Below are positions 15,834 through 20,000 of a stretch of DNA of 20,000 nt, one piece after another. The notes below the pieces were generated by a model. The model was not told the DNA's origin. It did not search any database and was given only the letters and a program-made list of their open reading frames with translations. Each line of letters opens with the position of its first letter. The first letter of the stretch is position 1. Position numbers and translations under genes: made by a program. The DNA comes from an uncultured virus (IMG/VR IMGVR_UViG_3300032328_000910) (lineage: Duplodnaviria; Heunggongvirae; Uroviricota; Caudoviricetes; Crassvirales), in the IMG/VR virus record IMGVR_UViG_3300032328_000910; one strand, 5' to 3'.

Positions 15834-16484
15834 ATGAAAATTCAATTTCTTGAAACCCTTACAGGTTCACGTGTACGCCCATCTGAGGCTCCTGCTCTTA
15901 TTGTTACTAATGGTGAAGGTCAACTTCGCATCAACGCTGCCTTTGCTCGCGGACTTAATGTCCCTTATAACGAAGTGAATACTGACAGCAAAGACGAAGC
16001 CGGAGTAAGGCTCGATGTTGGTGTTGTTGCCAAAGACGGTAGCAAGTCTATTTTCGGTGCATATATCATGCCACTTGGTAGCAAAAAAGGTGCTAAACTT
16101 GCTTCTCCAAACAAGAAGACTTCTGGTAACCTCAATGCAAACCATGGTAATGTATGGTCTCGCCTTGGTGGTGAAAAAGGCTTTATTACCACTTACGAAG
16201 TTGATTTCATGACTATTGGTCAAGGTGCTGATGGTTCTTTCATTACAGTTGAATCTGCTAAAGAGCAAGGCATCCTCAATGAAGATGGTGAATTCACAAC
16301 AATGGCTGTTGCTCTTGGTTTGGCTGAAGCTAACGAAGTAGGACAAGTTGCTGGACTTATGGCTATTCTGAAATTTGCTTCTAAAGTCGAGTTTGTTCCT
16401 CGCAAAAAAGGCGAAGGTGCTGACGAAGATGGCGAAGAAGAAGACGAAGATGGCGAAGAGTTTGCTAGTGCTGACTTCAACTAA
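15834..16484 (+). CDS. Probable ssDNA-binding or recombination accessory protein with a highly acidic tail
   Basis: Beta-rich sequence, tail DEDGEEEDEDGEEFASADFN, strongly biased codons, long AT-rich leader, located next to the RecT-like gene. CDS is certain; function is tentative. Confidence 0.5.
   Translation: MKIQFLETLTGSRVRPSEAPALIVTNGEGQLRINAAFARGLNVPYNEVNTDSKDEAGVRLDVGVVAKDGSKSIFGAYIMPLGSKKGAKLASPNKKTSGNLNANHGNVWSRLGGEKGFITTYEVDFMTIGQGADGSFITVESAKEQGILNEDGEFTTMAVALGLAEANEVGQVAGLMAILKFASKVEFVPRKKGEGADEDGEEEDEDGEEFASADFN
16422..16459 (+). repeat. In-frame 21-bp-period duplication encoding DEDGEE(E)
   Basis: GACGAAGATGGCGAAGA at 16422-16438 and 16443-16459. Confidence 0.9.
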
Positions 16485-16522
16485 GAAGCTCGCAGTATAA
16501 CTATCAACTGCCCCTACAATCT

Positions 16523-16565
16523 AAACCCTGCTATACAGCACAATGTGTAGCGGGGTTTTTATTTT
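16523..16565 (+). terminator. Rho-independent terminator
   Basis: AAACCCTGCTATACA / TGTGTAGCGGGGTTT stem followed by TTATTTT. Confidence 0.85.
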
Positions 16566-16614
16566 CTTGGTAATTATGTAAACAATTCTATTAACTAATA
16601 AAATCGATTCTCCA

Positions 16615-17301
16615 ATGAGAAAGACAGTAGGTATTGATTTAGAAGTACGGGCAGCGAACGAAGCGCTATTCCCCGTATCACCCGAAAACTGGAAGCACGT
16701 TGCTATCTTGGATAAGGTAAGTGTCGAAGAGAACACAAGCAAGGATGGTGATGAATACATTAGCCTTGATTTTCACTTTAAATCTCCGAATGGCGATTAT
16801 AACTTCACTCACAAAGAACGTGCGGTTGAAAGTGATGATGCCAAATTCGACGAAAAAAGCAAATGGTGTGACCAACGTATGGCACATATCTACAATGCTT
16901 TTATGGGTGTAAATGCCCATACAAATGTAGGTGGTAAAGGTCTTGGTACTCCGGAAGATGCGACAGATGCAAGTTGGGAAGGTTATTTCCGTGCACTTGC
17001 ACGTGACTTTAATACCGCCCGTAAAGGAGAAGCGGTGTTCAAAGACGACAAGAAAAAGCCACTCGTTGTATGGTTGCGCTTGGTATACACCAAAACAGGC
17101 TACTTGTCGTTGCCATTCCCCAACTTCATCGAACTGTACAGAGAAGACAAGCCTTGCCTTCTTATGAAAGGTAAAGACAATTACGAGCAACCTAAGAAAG
17201 ATAATCCTTTCGGCGGTGGTGGTAATGCAGGTGCTGGTAACGGTGGTGGTAATCCAGGTACACCTGTAACTGGTACTAAAACTCCTCCTCCTGGCTTCTA
17301 A
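16615..17301 (+). CDS. Putative single-stranded DNA-binding protein (OB-fold-like)
   Basis: Beta-strand pattern AILDKVSVEE..KDGDEYISLDFHF, Gly-rich disordered linker, terminal PPPGF reminiscent of SSB C-terminal PF tips, directly upstream of the primase. Confidence 0.6.
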   Translation: MRKTVGIDLEVRAANEALFPVSPENWKHVAILDKVSVEENTSKDGDEYISLDFHFKSPNGDYNFTHKERAVESDDAKFDEKSKWCDQRMAHIYNAFMGVNAHTNVGGKGLGTPEDATDASWEGYFRALARDFNTARKGEAVFKDDKKKPLVVWLRLVYTKTGYLSLPFPNFIELYREDKPCLLMKGKDNYEQPKKDNPFGGGGNAGAGNGGGNPGTPVTGTKTPPPGF

Positions 17302-17331
17302 CAACTAATTCGACACCATAATAAAATTGAT

Positions 17332-17367
17332 AATCGGGAGCGTATTAATTACGTTCCCGATTTTTTT
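17332..17367 (+). terminator. Rho-independent terminator
   Basis: AATCGGGAGCGTA-TTAAT-TACGTTCCCGATT followed by TTTTT. Confidence 0.85.
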
Positions 17368-17375
17368 ATATCTGT

Positions 17376-18491
17376 ATGAAGAAAAATTATATGTTACCCG
17401 ACCTAACTAAATCTTACATTCTCGATAATGTTAGTCAAGAAGATATATTTGCAGCTTATTTTGATGTTTCGCTTGCAGATATTGAATATTGTATTAGTAA
17501 AGGCAAGTTAATAGGAAGCGCGGTACGTAGCGTTGACGAGCGTCCGAGTATGGGCTTTACTAAACGTGCAGATGGAAAAATTGTTTGTCGTGATTTCGGT
17601 GGTTATTTTTGGGGTGATTGCTTCGATGCAGCTGCATTTGCACTTAATGCTGATGTTAAAAATAGCAGAGAGTTTATGCTTTTGCTTGTACATATAGCTA
17701 AAACCTTTAGAATACATGAATATACCGATGGACATACTTTTAAGAATGTGATTAAGACTACAACTAATTATATACCGCAAGGTAAAATTAGTCCTGTATT
17801 TGAGTTTAAGTTCCGAGATTGGGATGTGAATGACGGAAAGTATTGGTACAATAAGTATGGGATTACAAGAGCTATTCTTGAAGCCCATAGTGTTTACGCA
17901 ATACAAATACTATGGGTTAACGGTAAGATTGTCTATACGTATCGTAATACTGACCCTGCATATGGTTACTATCTTGGTCAGATTGGTGACTTACTTATTT
18001 GGAAAATATATTTTCCTTATAGGAAAGAGTATAGATTTATGACTAATGGTTCTCTAATTCAAGGTGGGAAACTGCTTAGAGAAGTTGAACATGGTGTAGT
18101 AATTAAGTCACTTAAAGACGTGATGCAATTAGCTGTATTCGCAGACACTATTTCTTTACAGGGAATTGCGCCTGCGAGTGAAACTATGATTCTAAATAGA
18201 GAACAATTTACTTATGTTGAAACATATTGGAAAGAGAATATATATACATTTAGTGATTTCGACCTCACTGGAGTTAGATTTGGAAGTGAAATGAGAAGGC
18301 GGTATAAAACTCGCCCTCTTTATCTCACTAATGGTCGATTTAACACTATTAATTTTCAAGCAAAAGATATAAGTGATTATGTAAGTAAGTTTGGTTTAAT
18401 ACAAGCCGAGAAGCTTATACTTCAATTTATAGAAGTTGGTGAAAATATAATAGACGATTGGGATTTTATTGTTAACGAACTTAAACATTAA
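17376..18491 (+). CDS. DnaG-type (TOPRIM) DNA primase of crAss-like type
   Basis: SAVRSVDERPSMGF / RDFGG..GDCFD N-terminal domain, WKIYFP, IKSLKDVM, APASE, DxD motif DFD, KDISDY. Confidence 0.85.
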   Translation: MKKNYMLPDLTKSYILDNVSQEDIFAAYFDVSLADIEYCISKGKLIGSAVRSVDERPSMGFTKRADGKIVCRDFGGYFWGDCFDAAAFALNADVKNSREFMLLLVHIAKTFRIHEYTDGHTFKNVIKTTTNYIPQGKISPVFEFKFRDWDVNDGKYWYNKYGITRAILEAHSVYAIQILWVNGKIVYTYRNTDPAYGYYLGQIGDLLIWKIYFPYRKEYRFMTNGSLIQGGKLLREVEHGVVIKSLKDVMQLAVFADTISLQGIAPASETMILNREQFTYVETYWKENIYTFSDFDLTGVRFGSEMRRRYKTRPLYLTNGRFNTINFQAKDISDYVSKFGLIQAEKLILQFIEVGENIIDDWDFIVNELKH

Positions 18492-18492
18492 T

Positions 18493-18918
18493 ATGTACCC
18501 CTATGTAAAGAAATTAGAATTAGTAGATGGTACTTTCATTATCCCTGTAAAAAAGAACGTGTATGAGCTAATCGTTAAGATTGCTAAAAAGCGTACTTAT
18601 ATCAAAGCTTTTGTTAAAGCTAATCCACATCTTAGTGATATTATTAATGATGACTTTATAGTTATCAATGATGATATTATTAAGTGGAAAGATATGATAG
18701 AGATAATGGAAGTAACTATCAATGACCATCCCCACAATATACAAGCACATTGTAAGAAACCTATTCAGCAAAAAGGTAGTACCGTTAGCTATTATTATGA
18801 CTATTGGGCAAGATACTATCAATATTATGGAATTGGTTATACTACTGTACAAGGTATGTGGGTGGGAATATTCACCGCATTACGTAAACCTGAATACATA
18901 CTAATATGGAAAAAGTAG
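18493..18918 (+). CDS. Hypothetical phage protein
   Basis: ORF; the ATG at 18493 lies just after the primase stop. Confidence 0.7.
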   Translation: MYPYVKKLELVDGTFIIPVKKNVYELIVKIAKKRTYIKAFVKANPHLSDIINDDFIVINDDIIKWKDMIEIMEVTINDHPHNIQAHCKKPIQQKGSTVSYYYDYWARYYQYYGIGYTTVQGMWVGIFTALRKPEYILIWKK

Positions 18919-19649
18919 AACTGACTTTCGAGAACTACATACGTAAGGTAAATTTATCTGCTAAACGTAGAGAAGTTTATTATGTTCGTAGTGATAAAGA
19001 TGGACAAATTGTAAGCGAAAAAGGTAAACCGCTACCTAATAAGTTTAAAGAACCTGGTGGAGTTATCAAACTTCAATACAATCTGAAAGAGTTTAAGCGT
19101 GGGAAACGTAAAATTGAAATTCTCGTTGATGAGAATGATAAGCCAGTTCTCGCTAACCCTAAGATTGCAGGAACACCTAAAGACTTAGCTATAAACGGTC
19201 AAGACTTTTACAGTGGAAACGTGGCTAAGCACACACGTGCTAAAGTCATGCGTGAAATTAAACTATCTTTTACAAAGATTGTTAATAATAAGCGCGAAAA
19301 GCTTAAACAATTCTTTGATGCTCTTAAAGAGCGTAAAGGTAAGTTCACGATGGAAATATTACTGCTCGATGAAGAAGGACTTGGCAACTGGGATTTACGT
19401 AACAGAATTTATCCTTATGAAAAGGGTATTCTTGATTTACTTGTTACTGGTCGTATTAGTTCAACAGAACAACTTGTCGACCCCGTACTTGAAGATGATA
19501 GCGTTAAATATAACGACTGCGTAATTACTCGTTTTAAGCCATTGTTTACGCGTCCGAATGAAATACCGTTTGATGACGATGAAGAAAAAGAGTCTGAATA
19601 CTACACTGTACCGATGATTAGAGTTGTTTTTTATCAATCAAAATTTTAA
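18906..19649 (+). CDS. RusA-like Holliday junction resolvase with an N-terminal extension
   Basis: WDLRN...EKGILDLL...LEDDSVKY follows the RusA D-x-D-N..K...D.L....DD pattern, with the second Asp replaced by Arg. Confidence 0.6.
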   Translation: MEKVELTFENYIRKVNLSAKRREVYYVRSDKDGQIVSEKGKPLPNKFKEPGGVIKLQYNLKEFKRGKRKIEILVDENDKPVLANPKIAGTPKDLAINGQDFYSGNVAKHTRAKVMREIKLSFTKIVNNKREKLKQFFDALKERKGKFTMEILLLDEEGLGNWDLRNRIYPYEKGILDLLVTGRISSTEQLVDPVLEDDSVKYNDCVITRFKPLFTRPNEIPFDDDEEKESEYYTVPMIRVVFYQSKF

Positions 19650-19660
19650 TCACACTAAAC

Positions 19661-20000
19661 ATGAAATTTGAAACTCTATTTGCACTCGCTGCTAATGGTA
19701 AGATTGCGTATTATGATGTAGAAGTCATTAATAACAAACTGTATATTAGTTGGGGGTTTATTGGTAGTAAAATGCTAACCAAAACTAAAACTATCGCTAA
19801 AGGTAAAAATCTTGGCAAAAGTAATGCTACTACTCCTCAACAACAAGCTAAAAACGAAGCTGAATCTATCCTTCGCGAAAAGCTTGACGAAGGGTACAAA
19901 CGTTTATCTGATTTTGGACATAAAATTACTAAGCAAGCGTTTTCTGCTGCGGATGGTGGAATAGTTGAATTTATTATTCCTGATGAATTGGGTGGACGAG
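19661..20000 (+). CDS. 5' part of a probable ATP-dependent DNA ligase (WGR-like N-terminal domain), truncated by the window end
   Basis: Translated by hand: MKFETLFALAANGKIAYYDVEV...SWGFIGSK...KGKNLGKSNATTPQQQAKNEAESILREKLDEGYK. This resembles the GKNxGxxNxTT..QA..EA....K...GY N-terminus of phage ligases. The catalytic KxDG motif is not within the window. Confidence 0.7.
   Translation, partial: MKFETLFALAANGKIAYYDVEVINNKLYISWGFIGSKMLTKTKTIAKGKNLGKSNATTPQQQAKNEAESILREKLDEGYKRLSDFGHKITKQAFSAADGGIVEFIIPDELGGR

Noticed and set aside
15867..17304. Long minus-strand ORFs (15867-16346, 16678-17304)
   Set aside because: Antisense shadows of strongly codon-biased plus-strand genes, with no protein motifs.
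1..20000. TAG or TGA stop-codon reassignment as known in some crAss-like phages
   Set aside because: All large genes are uninterrupted in the standard code. TAG (81-83) and TGA (15713-15715) are followed by terminators. Only the 8364 uORF stop is ambiguous.

Overview
AT-rich, densely coding window with essentially every credible gene on the + strand. It is the DNA replication/recombination module of a tailed phage, most consistent with a crAss-like (Crassvirales-related) phage of a Bacteroidota host. That assignment is inferred from gene content and order, A-rich leaders without Shine-Dalgarno sites, and a Bacteroidota-type promoter. Recognisable genes in order: RepL-like winged-helix protein, SF1B Dda/RecD-like helicase, membrane-anchored lysozyme-like enzyme, family A DNA polymerase, SF2 helicase, putative loader/initiator, DnaB helicase, RecT-like annealing protein, two SSB-like proteins, DnaG-type primase, RusA-like resolvase and the 5' end of a probable DNA ligase. 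The long ORFs read intact in the standard genetic code. The most unusual element is an ~800 bp non-coding region (780-1578). It holds a cluster of seven GC-GNA-GC mini-hairpin motifs and a central hairpin at which strand composition flips in mirror image (TAG-rich and C-poor on the left, CTA-rich and G-poor on the right). A related motif recurs as 22-bp-spaced repeats upstream of the RepL-like gene. Together these suggest a RepL-activated, hairpin-based origin or ssDNA signal (hypothesis). All homology calls come from motif recognition by eye; no searches were run.
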